DNA of 64,000 nucleotides from a virus, in the IMG/VR virus record IMGVR_UViG_3300027791_000007, positions 64,001 to 128,000 of that record; one strand, 5' to 3'. The position numbers were made by a program, and so were the translations under genes. Below the pieces are notes generated by a model. That model worked only from the letters and a program-made list of their open reading frames with translations, had not been told where the DNA came from and did not search any database. Shown here in pieces: positions 17,441 to 27,066 of the stretch (position 1 is its first letter; every line of letters begins with the position of its first letter).

Positions 17441-18865
17441 TTAAACTTTAAAGGTAGAAAATTTATCGTATTTTTGGTTCTGTCCTTTATCAAATATAGG
17501 TGTATCCTCGTCAATTTCTTGACCACTTTCCACTATGTCTTTCTGTTCGTTTAGATCAACATCACTTAGTTTCATCCTTGACCTATCAACACCTATCACA
17601 AACCTCTTGTTCATTGTAGGATCGTTGTATCGGTTCTTCAATTGTTTGACTACGATTTGGTTTAGTTCTTCAAGTTCTTCTGTAGAAATAAGCGCAAACA
17701 TGAAATCTGCTGTTGCAGGCAACCCAAACGATTCAGATGTATCCTCAAGCCCGACATCTGTTGAGGAGAATCCACTTCTTGTTGTCTGTGTTGCCGACAT
17801 GATTGGTAAATTATTCTCAACGGCAAGTCCTCTAAGTTCTTCTGCAACTGCTTTGATATACATGTAAGAATTGACATTCTGGGCTCCTTTAAACCTTGAC
17901 GATGCACATATATTTAGATAGTCTATAAATATAATATCTGGATTGAATGATTTCTTAATTGCAAGTTCTTTAATCAATCCTCTGAAATGAGCACTATTTG
18001 CACTTGCAGTAGGATATTCTTTAATAATTAACTTACCCTCTGTTTTACTTCGTATCTGTTCTACCTTATCCGTGAACATTGTCTTAGGTAAATCATGTAG
18101 TTCTTCCATAGTAACATTCATTAGGTTTGCATCAATACGTTCTGCAATACGTTCCTCTGCCATCTCTAAGGTGATGTATAATACATTCTTACCTTGTGAT
18201 AAACAGTTTGCAGCCATATGACACATAAACAAAGATTTACCAACACCAGTTCCAGCAAGACATATATTCAAAGTCTTTTGTGGTAAACCACCCTTTGTAA
18301 TCTTGTTAAAGAAGTCTAGGTCAAAAGGAATCTTAATTTCCTTCTTATGGTAAAACTCATATCTTGTTTCTCCATCGTCAAGATAATCGTGTCCTACAGA
18401 TTGGTCAAAACTTACAGCAAGAGCATCTCTCATTATTTCTGGAATTGCTTCTTGTGTTCTATCTCCATCTTTACCATCAATAATTGCAATACCGTCTACG
18501 ATTGCATTATATACTGCTTTATCTTTACAGAACTTTTCTGTAGTATTTACTAACCACTCTAAGTCCACTTCTGTTTCATTTAGATTCTGAATAAGAGCAA
18601 CAACTGATTTGTGTTCTGTATCAGTTAAGTCTCTTCTGTTTTCTAATTCAACTTCTAGAGAAACCTTAGTAGGGCGTTTTTTGTATTTGTCAACAAATTT
18701 GACAATTTCTTCAAATACAACTCTATCTTCTTTTAACTCAAAGTATTTTGGTTTGATGAAAGGAATAACCTTTCTACAAAAATCATCATTCGTTATTAGA
18801 TTCGATAATGTCGTTTTCTCGATTGTGTTGGTCAATTGTTCCATTATTATTTCCTGCTTGTTCAT
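17441..18865 (-). CDS. gp41: Replicative DNA helicase gp41 (DnaB-like; probable start 18844)
   Basis: Walker A AGTGVGKS, TLEMAEE, IFIDYL, ATQTTR, SESFGLPATAD, QLKNRY. Confidence 0.97.
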   Translation of the reverse strand: MNKQEIIMEQLTNTIEKTTLSNLITNDDFCRKVIPFIKPKYFELKEDRVVFEEIVKFVDKYKKRPTKVSLEVELENRRDLTDTEHKSVVALIQNLNETEVDLEWLVNTTEKFCKDKAVYNAIVDGIAIIDGKDGDRTQEAIPEIMRDALAVSFDQSVGHDYLDDGETRYEFYHKKEIKIPFDLDFFNKITKGGLPQKTLNICLAGTGVGKSLFMCHMAANCLSQGKNVLYITLEMAEERIAERIDANLMNVTMEELHDLPKTMFTDKVEQIRSKTEGKLIIKEYPTASANSAHFRGLIKELAIKKSFNPDIIFIDYLNICASSRFKGAQNVNSYMYIKAVAEELRGLAVENNLPIMSATQTTRSGFSSTDVGLEDTSESFGLPATADFMFALISTEELEELNQIVVKQLKNRYNDPTMNKRFVIGVDRSRMKLSDVDLNEQKDIVESGQEIDEDTPIFDKGQNQKYDKFSTFKV

Positions 18866-19148
18866 CTATAATTTCTACCAGTATGTCACCGATTTGTTTA
18901 AAAAACACTTCGTCAAACTGGGATTTGTCTAAACCATTATTATCTAATATATCATACTCGAAGCGAAAAGTCAAGTCTTTTTTTTCATCTGGTTCTCCTA
19001 AAGTCACTTTTCCGTATTTGTAAACTACACCTTTATACATTCCAGTATTAATACCAATACAAGTTGTGTCTGGATACTTTGGTGAGTTTAAGTAAACATA
19101 TCTCTTTTGATCAATTTTTATTTTTGCAGTTTCTTGTATATCAGACAT
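18786..19148 (-). CDS. Probable gp40-like head vertex assembly chaperone
   Basis: Position between uvsX and gene 41 as in T4; YKGVVYKYGKV...L.FEYDIL motif. Confidence 0.55.
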   Translation of the reverse strand: MSDIQETAKIKIDQKRYVYLNSPKYPDTTCIGINTGMYKGVVYKYGKVTLGEPDEKKDLTFRFEYDILDNNGLDKSQFDEVFFKQIGDILVEIIDEQAGNNNGTIDQHNRENDIIESNNE

Positions 19149-19689
19149 AATGTAAATAACTCCCCACGATATATTTTGGTGTGTCTATTGGTTTTTGTCC
19201 AGCATGTAACCAAGGCCACATTGGTGGAAATATAAGTAAAGAACCTTTCTTACATGGCGAACCTTTATTCATTAGGGGGAATGTTGTCATACCACCTACA
19301 TTGTCATCTAAGTACAAGAAGAATACTAAAAACCTTCTTGCATTTTCATAGTTGTTTACATCTACATGTGCTCTAAATTCATCTTTATCGTTTGGTAGAT
19401 ATCTTTTCATCCTCAAACCTTCAAGTCCATATTTATTAGGCCACATTTCTTTAGTAATACCAGCTTGCATTTTATAATCAGCAACTCTAGATAGAAGTAT
19501 TTTTTGAAGTTTTTCACTATCTTCTTTCCACTCATCATGCTCGTAAAGATGAATTTGTGTAAAGTCAGCAGTGCTTTGTTTAATATCTTCATAACAATTA
19601 CTACTCTTATCAAACTTTTCTTTTAGATAATTACAGTATTCTTCATCAATGACATTATCATGTCGTTTCACAAAACTCATCAAGTCCAT
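19141..19689 (-). CDS. 2OG-Fe(II) oxygenase (prolyl-4-hydroxylase-like)
   Basis: HVD...YLDD..GG.T.F...LIFPP.W...H.G...K.I. Confidence 0.9.
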   Translation of the reverse strand: MDLMSFVKRHDNVIDEEYCNYLKEKFDKSSNCYEDIKQSTADFTQIHLYEHDEWKEDSEKLQKILLSRVADYKMQAGITKEMWPNKYGLEGLRMKRYLPNDKDEFRAHVDVNNYENARRFLVFFLYLDDNVGGMTTFPLMNKGSPCKKGSLLIFPPMWPWLHAGQKPIDTPKYIVGSYLHYV

Positions 19690-20204
19690 TATATCTTCCT
19701 AACTGTAAAATCTATAGCCATTCTTTTGTGGTCTGTTAGTATATCAGAAGCCGCATGTGGAATTGTAGAATCAAATAATGCAAAAGATGTTGGTTTGATA
19801 TAGTTAGAAACACCATCATGTGTAAAACCACCACCCCAACTTTCTTTCCAATCACTATTCACCACACCCAAGATTTTAATTACATTATCTTGTTTATTAT
19901 GGTCAGTGTGGATATTATCTTTTCGATTTTTATCCTTTATAGACAATCCACAAAAATATATTTCAGGCACAAAGAAATCTTTTCCTCCTGCTTCATATAT
20001 TTGTATTAACAACCCCATTGCAATACCAGCAAGTAGTGGATGTTTAGTGTCATCATTATCTATAATATCTAACTTTAGATGTTTTTCATCCAGCGATTTG
20101 CCCATTGGATATTTTAGATTCCAACTGTCATCGTTAGATGCAACATGTTTAATCATATCTAAGTAGAATGGACTACAACAATTATCTAAAATTTTAACCG
20201 CCAT
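19689..20204 (-). CDS. 2OG-Fe(II) oxygenase
   Basis: HTD...WGGG...FDSTIPHAA...R. Confidence 0.85.
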   Translation of the reverse strand: MAVKILDNCCSPFYLDMIKHVASNDDSWNLKYPMGKSLDEKHLKLDIIDNDDTKHPLLAGIAMGLLIQIYEAGGKDFFVPEIYFCGLSIKDKNRKDNIHTDHNKQDNVIKILGVVNSDWKESWGGGFTHDGVSNYIKPTSFALFDSTIPHAASDILTDHKRMAIDFTVRKI

Positions 20205-21210
20205 ATTTAAACTCCTTTGAAGCAGCTTCTTCTAGTTTCTCCATAACTTCTTCTGTGAAATATTTCTCTGGATCACCTAAAACAGCTTTACCATATTGTT
20301 TTGTACCATCAGGCATTAAATACCTTGGCCCTTCTTTCTTGAAAACTTCATACTTTTCTGCAAGTTCAATCAATCCGTAATATTTATCTAGTCCAGTACT
20401 ATAACTCAATCTAACATCAACCATTTTGTTTTCAATAGTCAATCTTGATTTGTGATTCTTACAGTGAATAATATTACCGACAACATCTGTACCTTCTTTA
20501 TCTTTTCTTTTAGATAAGAAGATAATTGATGAGGCTGCATACTTCAATCCAGAACCACCACCCATTTCCTTAGTAGGAAACATAGAACCCATAGAGTCAT
20601 ATGTGTGATTTGTTACAATCATTGGGATACCAGCTTTACCAAGTTTCAAAGTCAACACTCTAAATGCAGCCTTAAGAACTTGTGCTCGTGTCATGTCTCT
20701 AGTTTCTTTTCCTGCTTCTGTATCCTCTACTTCCTTTGTAGTAGATAACATACCAAGTGAATCTAAACACATCATCATAGGACGTTTTACATCCACATCT
20801 TGCTGAGAAAATCTATCTGCAATTTTAATCGCTTGTGTTCTAAACTCTTGTACAGTAGTAACTGGCATCATAACCATCCTAGTTGGGTCAATACCCCTAT
20901 CAACTACCATCTGTTTAGTAATAGCACTTTCTGATTCAAAGTAAACTACACCACCATCTGGATTTGCATCCAAAAAGTTCTTTACCATTCCCATCAAAAA
21001 GAATGTCTTACCAGTTGCACTTTCACCAGCAAGAGCAGTAATTTTGTTTGCAGGCAATCCACCATACAAACTACCACTCAATAGTGCATTGAAAATGTAA
21101 CTACCAGTATCTACAAAGTTTTCTACGTCACCAGCGGCAACACCATCGGATACTAAATCAGCATACTCATTTCCAGTTATTTTAATTATGTCTTTTAAAA
21201 AATCATTCAT
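20194..21210 (-). CDS. uvsX: RecA-like recombinase UvsX
   Basis: [37 protein letters not shown]. Confidence 0.97.
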   Translation of the reverse strand: MNDFLKDIIKITGNEYADLVSDGVAAGDVENFVDTGSYIFNALLSGSLYGGLPANKITALAGESATGKTFFLMGMVKNFLDANPDGGVVYFESESAITKQMVVDRGIDPTRMVMMPVTTVQEFRTQAIKIADRFSQQDVDVKRPMMMCLDSLGMLSTTKEVEDTEAGKETRDMTRAQVLKAAFRVLTLKLGKAGIPMIVTNHTYDSMGSMFPTKEMGGGSGLKYAASSIIFLSKRKDKEGTDVVGNIIHCKNHKSRLTIENKMVDVRLSYSTGLDKYYGLIELAEKYEVFKKEGPRYLMPDGTKQYGKAVLGDPEKYFTEEVMEKLEEAASKEFKYGG

Positions 21211-21583
21211 AAATCACTCCTTCTAAATTAGGTTCTTCATAATTTGGGCCTTTCATGACCTTACCATCTTTTCGATACATGGGTTGACCATCTTCACCTA
21301 ATTTTGTCATATTAGATCGTTGAACCTCATCAAAACATTTGTCTAAGTCTAATCCAAATGTATGTCCAGCACCATAAACGACATATAAAATATCAGTTAA
21401 TGCATCTGCCACATCTACAAGTGTACCACTTTCGCAAGCTTCTTCTAGTTCATTCAGTTCTTCTCGTATTAAATCAATCCTCAAATCCACTTCTTCATCT
21501 GTTGGCCATTGAGGATTTTCTCGTATTTTCTGCTTGAAAGCAGACATAAAGTTTTCGACTTTGTTAAAGTTTGTTTGATTCAT
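21203..21583 (-). CDS. MazG-superfamily (all-alpha) NTP pyrophosphohydrolase
   Basis: LIREELNEL...[11 protein letters not shown]...[25 protein letters not shown]. Confidence 0.9.
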   Translation of the reverse strand: MNQTNFNKVENFMSAFKQKIRENPQWPTDEEVDLRIDLIREELNELEEACESGTLVDVADALTDILYVVYGAGHTFGLDLDKCFDEVQRSNMTKLGEDGQPMYRKDGKVMKGPNYEEPNLEGVIYE

Positions 21584-21589
21584 TTGTAG

Positions 21590-21618
21590 ATCCTATCATA
21601 ATTAGCGTTGTTTGTCAA
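21590..21618 (-). promoter_or_regulatory. Sigma70-type promoter TTGACA-17-TAGGAT (with extended TG)
   Basis: Consensus -35 and 17-nt spacer upstream of MazG-like gene/uvsX. Confidence 0.6.
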
Positions 21619-22421
21619 GTAAAAAATTCACTTAATGTTGCAACTCCGTGTTTGTCTGCAACTTTATTTACATTACTAGAGTTGTGGTTTGTTACAGTAC
21701 CATCTATAAATGGTAGTGTCTTTGTGAGAGTATATTTTTCTTCGCCTGGTTTCTTTATTTTCCATTGTAAATCAACATCTTTGGGATAATTGATATTCCA
21801 ATCCATAGTGGACTGTTTAAGATACTTCTTAGCCTTTTTATTTAGTGGGTAAATATATCTAAATTGTTTACCCCATACTCTACTAAATCCTAATTCACCC
21901 ATCTTCTTATCACTTGGTCTTGGGCCATACTTAGTATCCATACGATTCATTTCTTTTTTCATCTTTCTTTGGATAGTTCTGAAATGTACCTTTTCACCAG
22001 TTTCACTCAAATATATATCTGTCCAGATGAACCCACCAAATAAGAAGTTAGCGGCCTGATAAACATATCCTGGCTTACCAACAATTCCATCTGCCCATGT
22101 GTAAAGATATTTTATATTAGGTTTATTTTCTTTCAACCATTTAATAGTTAAACTCTGCATTTGTGATTCTGAATTTCTGGGCATCTTATCATCCATACAC
22201 ATCTTACCTATTTCAAAATAATCAGCAGTTGTTAACTCTGGAAACATCTTTCTTATTGTTCCCATAGGGTTCGTACCCCAACCCAAAGTTAGAACACCAA
22301 CCAATTCTTCATCTACATATGTACCAAGATAATGTTTAGTTAGTTTGGGCATCACAGCACTATAGTGTCGTTCTTGAACGAATAGTGTTGCAACTCTCCA
22401 ATCTATAGGTTTAATTATCAC
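21615..22421 (-). CDS. Mom-family GNAT DNA-modifying acyltransferase (adenine methylcarbamoylation-like)
   Basis: IKPI...FVQERHYS, LVGVLTLG, EIGKMC, PRNSES, YTWADG...GYVYQAANF: hallmark Mom-family motifs. Confidence 0.8.
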   Translation of the reverse strand: MIIKPIDWRVATLFVQERHYSAVMPKLTKHYLGTYVDEELVGVLTLGWGTNPMGTIRKMFPELTTADYFEIGKMCMDDKMPRNSESQMQSLTIKWLKENKPNIKYLYTWADGIVGKPGYVYQAANFLFGGFIWTDIYLSETGEKVHFRTIQRKMKKEMNRMDTKYGPRPSDKKMGELGFSRVWGKQFRYIYPLNKKAKKYLKQSTMDWNINYPKDVDLQWKIKKPGEEKYTLTKTLPFIDGTVTNHNSSNVNKVADKHGVATLSEFFT

Positions 22422-22861
22422 CCCTTATGTCTCCTCAAATAAGCGGCTCCCGCTTCTAAAACTTCTGGACGATCTAGTGAACGTCCTATCATAATATTAC
22501 AATAGTCACAGATATATTCTCTTGGTGTTTCAGTTTCATGGTCATGATCTAACACCCAAACAGTTTTTGATGTTGCAGACGATAATCCTTGAAATGCACC
22601 TCTACCTCTGATATATTCTTCATTGTCATTACAAATACCACACTTATGATCCGACTCTGGTTTAGCTATTTCTTTTCTAACTTTATTAAGAATTTTTGTT
22701 TGGTGATTATTACACACTTTACAAATATTCTTAGTTTCTCTTGAACCATCTTTTCTGTGTCCTCTGTTTGCAAAGAGGTCTAAATGTTTTACCTCTTTAC
22801 AAGAATAACACATCTTTGTATGCTCAACTTCTTCTGGGCCCCATAATGTTTGAATAATCAT
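22418..22861 (-). CDS. Endonuclease VII-family (His-Me) endonuclease with N-terminal Zn ribbon
   Basis: CYSC...CKVC, CGIC, VLDHDHET...R.YICDYCN..IG. Confidence 0.85.
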   Translation of the reverse strand: MIIQTLWGPEEVEHTKMCYSCKEVKHLDLFANRGHRKDGSRETKNICKVCNNHQTKILNKVRKEIAKPESDHKCGICNDNEEYIRGRGAFQGLSSATSKTVWVLDHDHETETPREYICDYCNIMIGRSLDRPEVLEAGAAYLRRHKG

Positions 22862-23625
22862 ATTGGTAACTTTCCAACTTGACTATCTGTATACATTTTC
22901 TTCCACTTGATTTTAATCTTCTTGAAATCTCCACCCATAACATTCTCTTTAATGCCATTCCATGATACATGGTTAGGATACATCTCAATAAGTTTTGCAT
23001 GAGTATCATTAATTAAATCTAAAGTTCTCCATTCGTTACATCCACCCTCAACTAGAATCTTAGAAATATAACCAAACTCATCCCATATACGATTTGTATG
23101 TCCTTTTTCAAACAACTGTAATACCATATGAATATCTTCACATACTGGTAATGACCAATCTAGTTTTGTCTCATCAGGCATTTTATTACCATTGAAAAAG
23201 AAACCACAGTTTACAGCAGCGATATCAATAAATGGTTTTCCTGCTGGTGGTAGATTACCTTGACGAAAACCAGCGAAATCAACTTCATCTAACCATCGAC
23301 TAGTTTCTGATAACATATAATCCCAATCCTTAGCGTCCATAAATCTTTTAGATTTTTCTTTACCAGGCGTTCTACGAATGAATTTTAAGTCATCGTCAAA
23401 CACTCCGTATTTGATATTCATAGATTTCATATATATCCAGCGCCTAGTCTCCGTGATCCCAATATCATCATCAGGCAAAACCATTATGGGATAATTTGGG
23501 TATAAATGTTTTTCCTTCGGTTGCACTACAAGAGTAGTAATAGATTGTGTAGGGCCTGACAAATTATCAAAAGTAATTTGGTTGTGAGATCGGCCTAAGG
23601 TCGGTATATAAATCTGATCTATCAT
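22858..23625 (-). CDS. GT-A glycosyltransferase of the TET-associated/T-even beta-glucosyl-HMC glucosyltransferase type
   Basis: IYIPTLGR, GITETRRWI, FDDDL (DxD), EDIHMVLQL, GGC motifs. Confidence 0.75.
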   Translation of the reverse strand: MIDQIYIPTLGRSHNQITFDNLSGPTQSITTLVVQPKEKHLYPNYPIMVLPDDDIGITETRRWIYMKSMNIKYGVFDDDLKFIRRTPGKEKSKRFMDAKDWDYMLSETSRWLDEVDFAGFRQGNLPPAGKPFIDIAAVNCGFFFNGNKMPDETKLDWSLPVCEDIHMVLQLFEKGHTNRIWDEFGYISKILVEGGCNEWRTLDLINDTHAKLIEMYPNHVSWNGIKENVMGGDFKKIKIKWKKMYTDSQVGKLPI

Positions 23626-24608
23626 ATCGCAGTGTCCATTCTATTTGTAAATTCGTGATAGTAAGCGTCCAGAGATAACAATACTTGTTTGTAGTTGTTT
23701 CTATATTCTTCTAACTTACTGTTAAAGAAATCTTCATCTCTTAATTGTAAAATCTTTTCTTCTAGTTCTTCAAACTCTTGTACTCGTTGCCATTCATCAA
23801 TTCTGTATGTATTATTCTTATCATAGTCTCTCCATACAAATGGCACCATTCCAATTGAAAGTGCTTCTGGATACCTACTAGTTGTGGCATATGGGTCAAT
23901 CCAGTTAAAACAAAGTGTACTTCTTGCTGGTTCTAACATTGGATATAATTGTTTCCAATCTTTAATCCATGCGGCTTGTCGTTTTACCCCACTAGGAAAA
24001 CCACCCACCATTACAGTAGATAGTTGTGAACGATAGATTTTACGAATTGTTTTCTCTCTATCGTTACCATGTTTCATACGACCCCAGTAGGCCCAATCAA
24101 CAGTTTTACCTTCACTCATCATATCATAAAGAGGATTTTTTAAAGTCTGAATAAAATGATATTTCATACCGTGGATATTTCCACTAAAATCTATTTCATC
24201 TATCGTAGTAAATCTTGTAATTGTAGTACCCTTTAAAGTATGCACTCTATACAACTCTTCTGTGTCACCCCTATCTGAACGAAACATAATCACCTTTTTA
24301 TCTCTAAAGAACGGGCGAATAGTTTCCATATGACTTTCAGACTTTGCAAGGTCTTTTGGATTCATCTGTAACTCACCATGATACCTAAACTCTGAATCAC
24401 TAGGTATGACAATTACATCGGCCCACTCAATATTCTCTGGTGTTCGTTTGGGTCTACTTTCATCAAACGATACGTTATATGTTCTGTATTCATGTTGTGG
24501 GTTTGCTTTCATCCACTTGACATAGTTTTCAAAGAAACTATCTAGGACAGTTTCTAATGGGCCATTATACTTTACGTTACTTCGTAATCTTGCAATTGTT
24601 ATTTTCAT
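23622..24608 (-). CDS. DNA beta-glucosyltransferase-like GT-B enzyme
   Basis: Aligns by eye to T4 BGT: KTVDWAYWGRMKHGNDRE vs KTLDVIYGGSFRSGQRE; TSRYPEALS...RDYDK vs TLRVWETMA...EEFDT; syntenic with T4 bgt. Confidence 0.7.
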   Translation of the reverse strand: MKITIARLRSNVKYNGPLETVLDSFFENYVKWMKANPQHEYRTYNVSFDESRPKRTPENIEWADVIVIPSDSEFRYHGELQMNPKDLAKSESHMETIRPFFRDKKVIMFRSDRGDTEELYRVHTLKGTTITRFTTIDEIDFSGNIHGMKYHFIQTLKNPLYDMMSEGKTVDWAYWGRMKHGNDREKTIRKIYRSQLSTVMVGGFPSGVKRQAAWIKDWKQLYPMLEPARSTLCFNWIDPYATTSRYPEALSIGMVPFVWRDYDKNNTYRIDEWQRVQEFEELEEKILQLRDEDFFNSKLEEYRNNYKQVLLSLDAYYHEFTNRMDTAI

Positions 24609-25819
24609 TACATATCTTCTAAAGAGTTTTTGATCTTATATTCTAATGAAATCACCTCTACATTAAAACCCTTAGGCGCAATCCAAAACTCAATGTCATC
24701 CATCACCTTAGGCAACCACTTCTTGTTCCACTCTTGCATGGTCTTCCAATTGGGATGGGTGATGTAAATAGTTGCATACTTCTTCTTTGACTTTGCCTTT
24801 ACAAGTAACTTTAACTCATCTTGTAACGAATGTAAGTTAAACTTTCCAGATGAAGCGTGCATTGAAATTGAATCCTTATCAGTAGCATTTTCAAGAATAG
24901 TAGCTAATTCAGACTTGTATAGTGACCACTTCTTCCAAATCCAACCATCAGGCAACTTATCATTTAGAGTAATCGTTGTCTGTGCCTTATTGATAATCCA
25001 GTTGATTTGTCTTGTGCTCCAATTCATATCTTCCAAGTATTTAATATTATCTGTTGAGTCGGCCGGAACACCTTTCTTATTAAATGCAGCAACAATCCAT
25101 GCTACTTGGTCGTCTGGATGACCAACCTTTGTAGCCTTTTTCTGCTGAGGATTTAACAGATTAGCAAGAATTTGTAACTGTGTGACATCAAACTGATTCC
25201 AAATCTTCTTTGAGATATACATAACTGGCACCTTAATTACATGAGAAACCCTCTTTGCGGCCGCAGTAGTGTGATTACCATCAAGAATGATATCATCACC
25301 ATTCTTTCCATATCCCTTTAATACAATAATTGGATCAAAACTATCAATCTTTCCATGTAAGTCAATCATAGCATCTGCAAGAACTCCAACATGATTAGTG
25401 TCAGTATTTTCTACCCTTGTCTGATACCTCGCAAGTTCAGTAATTATTGACTTCTCAATCAACTCAATAGGTAATTCCTTAGTCTTAATCATTTGAGATA
25501 ATTCCCTCAATTCTAAATTCTTACCTACTGTCTTGAGGTACTTACCACCACCATTTGACTTGTTGTAGTATTCTTCATTGTTGTTCGCATCTACTTCTAA
25601 TAACATATTTCTCTCCAATGTCGCCATATTAATTTTAGTTCCTTGTTTCACAATCTTGTATTCATTATCACCCTCAGCAAAATCTTCCATGAAAATAGGA
25701 CACTTACTTGAATGAATATAATTAGAAATAGTTTCTCCTTTTTTTAAAACATGATAACCAATATACTTCTTTCCAGTTCCATTAACTGTGATTTCGTAAA
25801 CATAAGCTTCTTGATTCAT
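24608..25819 (-). CDS. GIY-YIG endonuclease domain fused to ParB/Srx-like domain
   Basis: AYVYEIT...KKYIGYH...E...YYN (GIY-YIG); DPIIVL...ILDGNHT..A (ParB-N-like). Confidence 0.7.
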   Translation of the reverse strand: MNQEAYVYEITVNGTGKKYIGYHVLKKGETISNYIHSSKCPIFMEDFAEGDNEYKIVKQGTKINMATLERNMLLEVDANNNEEYYNKSNGGGKYLKTVGKNLELRELSQMIKTKELPIELIEKSIITELARYQTRVENTDTNHVGVLADAMIDLHGKIDSFDPIIVLKGYGKNGDDIILDGNHTTAAAKRVSHVIKVPVMYISKKIWNQFDVTQLQILANLLNPQQKKATKVGHPDDQVAWIVAAFNKKGVPADSTDNIKYLEDMNWSTRQINWIINKAQTTITLNDKLPDGWIWKKWSLYKSELATILENATDKDSISMHASSGKFNLHSLQDELKLLVKAKSKKKYATIYITHPNWKTMQEWNKKWLPKVMDDIEFWIAPKGFNVEVISLEYKIKNSLEDM

Positions 25820-25851
25820 ATTTTTTCTTTCTCTTGATTGTTTATACTAAT

Positions 25852-25880
25852 AGTATAACAGCCAAAAGTGCATTTGTCAA
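25852..25880 (-). promoter_or_regulatory. Sigma70-type promoter TTGACA-17-TATACT
   Basis: Near-perfect consensus with extended TG, heading the GIY-YIG/GT/GT/endoVII/Mom run. Confidence 0.8.
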
Positions 25881-25953
25881 GTAGGGCAAAAATCTCCAGT
25901 AAAAACAAAGACTTAAATTTAACGTAAAATTTGTGTTTTAGCACAACTGCGAA

Positions 25954-27066
25954 TCACCTTATTATATCAATCTTATCCATAGTATCTTTATTCCAGACTT
26001 CAAGTTCTTTTCTTAACTTGTCCTCTCTAATCATTTTAGTGTATCTTTTAGTAGAAAGCTTCTTCCACCACTGTACTACATTTTCAAGTTCAAATCTATC
26101 ATAGTTTTCTGCTTTTGTCAAGGTATTTGTTTCACCTAGTAAAACATTTCTTGCATTTTCATATCCATATGTTGACATATAAAATCTTTTCTGTGTGGTC
26201 ACTTCTCCTGCTTTATTCATTGCATCTGTAAATAACTGATAGGCCTTTGAGTCATGTTGTTTTAATGATGCCTTAACCGTTCCCACCATCTTGGTCTGCA
26301 TCTTTAACTTTCTTGAACTTGCACCTTTATGTATTAGGTCTTCACCACCGTTTCTTTCAGTAAACCAATCTCTCATCTCCATATAGATTTCTTCTCCAAG
26401 TGTCAATAGAAACTTAGATTGAGTATCACCTTTGTATCTTAGATATGGGCGCATACCATCATACATACTACCACCTTTGATATTACCATAAAGACTTGTA
26501 GTTTCAAATAGACAGAACTTTGTATTATACTTCTTATTCAACATACGTCTAGTTGCATGAGAACAACAAATAGCTGCAAGTAACTTACCACCAAGATAAT
26601 TATACCCAAATGGTTGTGCAGGCACAATATTAAATCCCATGATAGCACGTTTGTTAAAGATATCTAAATCTGGAACACCACCAAGAAAATCATTTCTAGG
26701 TTTAGAGTTAATTAGTGGACTACCATAACGTATAAATCCTACAATAGTATTTGTAGTTGTTTCCTTAACAACTAGTTTCAAAGTCTTGCCTGGGTTTTCA
26801 TCTGGACTGAATGATGCAGTCTTTTCTAATAGTGTATCATATACCTTGTTTGGTATTTCTACAACTTGAAAGTTCATATCCTCTGGATGCATATCAAAGT
26901 CTTGAAACAAATCATCTTCAATTGACATGCCAGGCAGTGGTGACGGAATATCTTTAACTCTTTCAATCTTTCTTACACGAAAGTAATCATCAATGCGATT
27001 AAAATCTTTGAAGTATTTCATCAATTTTGTAGCAGCGTATATTGAGTCTTGTCTGTCTAGTATCAT
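25954..27066 (-). CDS. DUF4338 / Druantia DruA-like GNAT-fold protein
   Basis: VGFIRYGSP, IVPAQPFGYNYLGGKLLA, FETTSLYG motifs recalled from the DUF4338/DruA family. Confidence 0.7.
   Translation of the reverse strand: MILDRQDSIYAATKLMKYFKDFNRIDDYFRVRKIERVKDIPSPLPGMSIEDDLFQDFDMHPEDMNFQVVEIPNKVYDTLLEKTASFSPDENPGKTLKLVVKETTTNTIVGFIRYGSPLINSKPRNDFLGGVPDLDIFNKRAIMGFNIVPAQPFGYNYLGGKLLAAICCSHATRRMLNKKYNTKFCLFETTSLYGNIKGGSMYDGMRPYLRYKGDTQSKFLLTLGEEIYMEMRDWFTERNGGEDLIHKGASSRKLKMQTKMVGTVKASLKQHDSKAYQLFTDAMNKAGEVTTQKRFYMSTYGYENARNVLLGETNTLTKAENYDRFELENVVQWWKKLSTKRYTKMIREDKLRKELEVWNKDTMDKIDIIR

Noticed and set aside
17354-17554. 66-aa plus-strand ORF MACSVGVEPTTYCLEGNCSIQLSYEQ
   Set aside because: It is the reverse complement of tRNA-Arg, a classic spurious translation
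25954-27066. A complete Druantia defence system
   Set aside because: No DruE helicase or other dru genes nearby; only a stand-alone DruA-like gene
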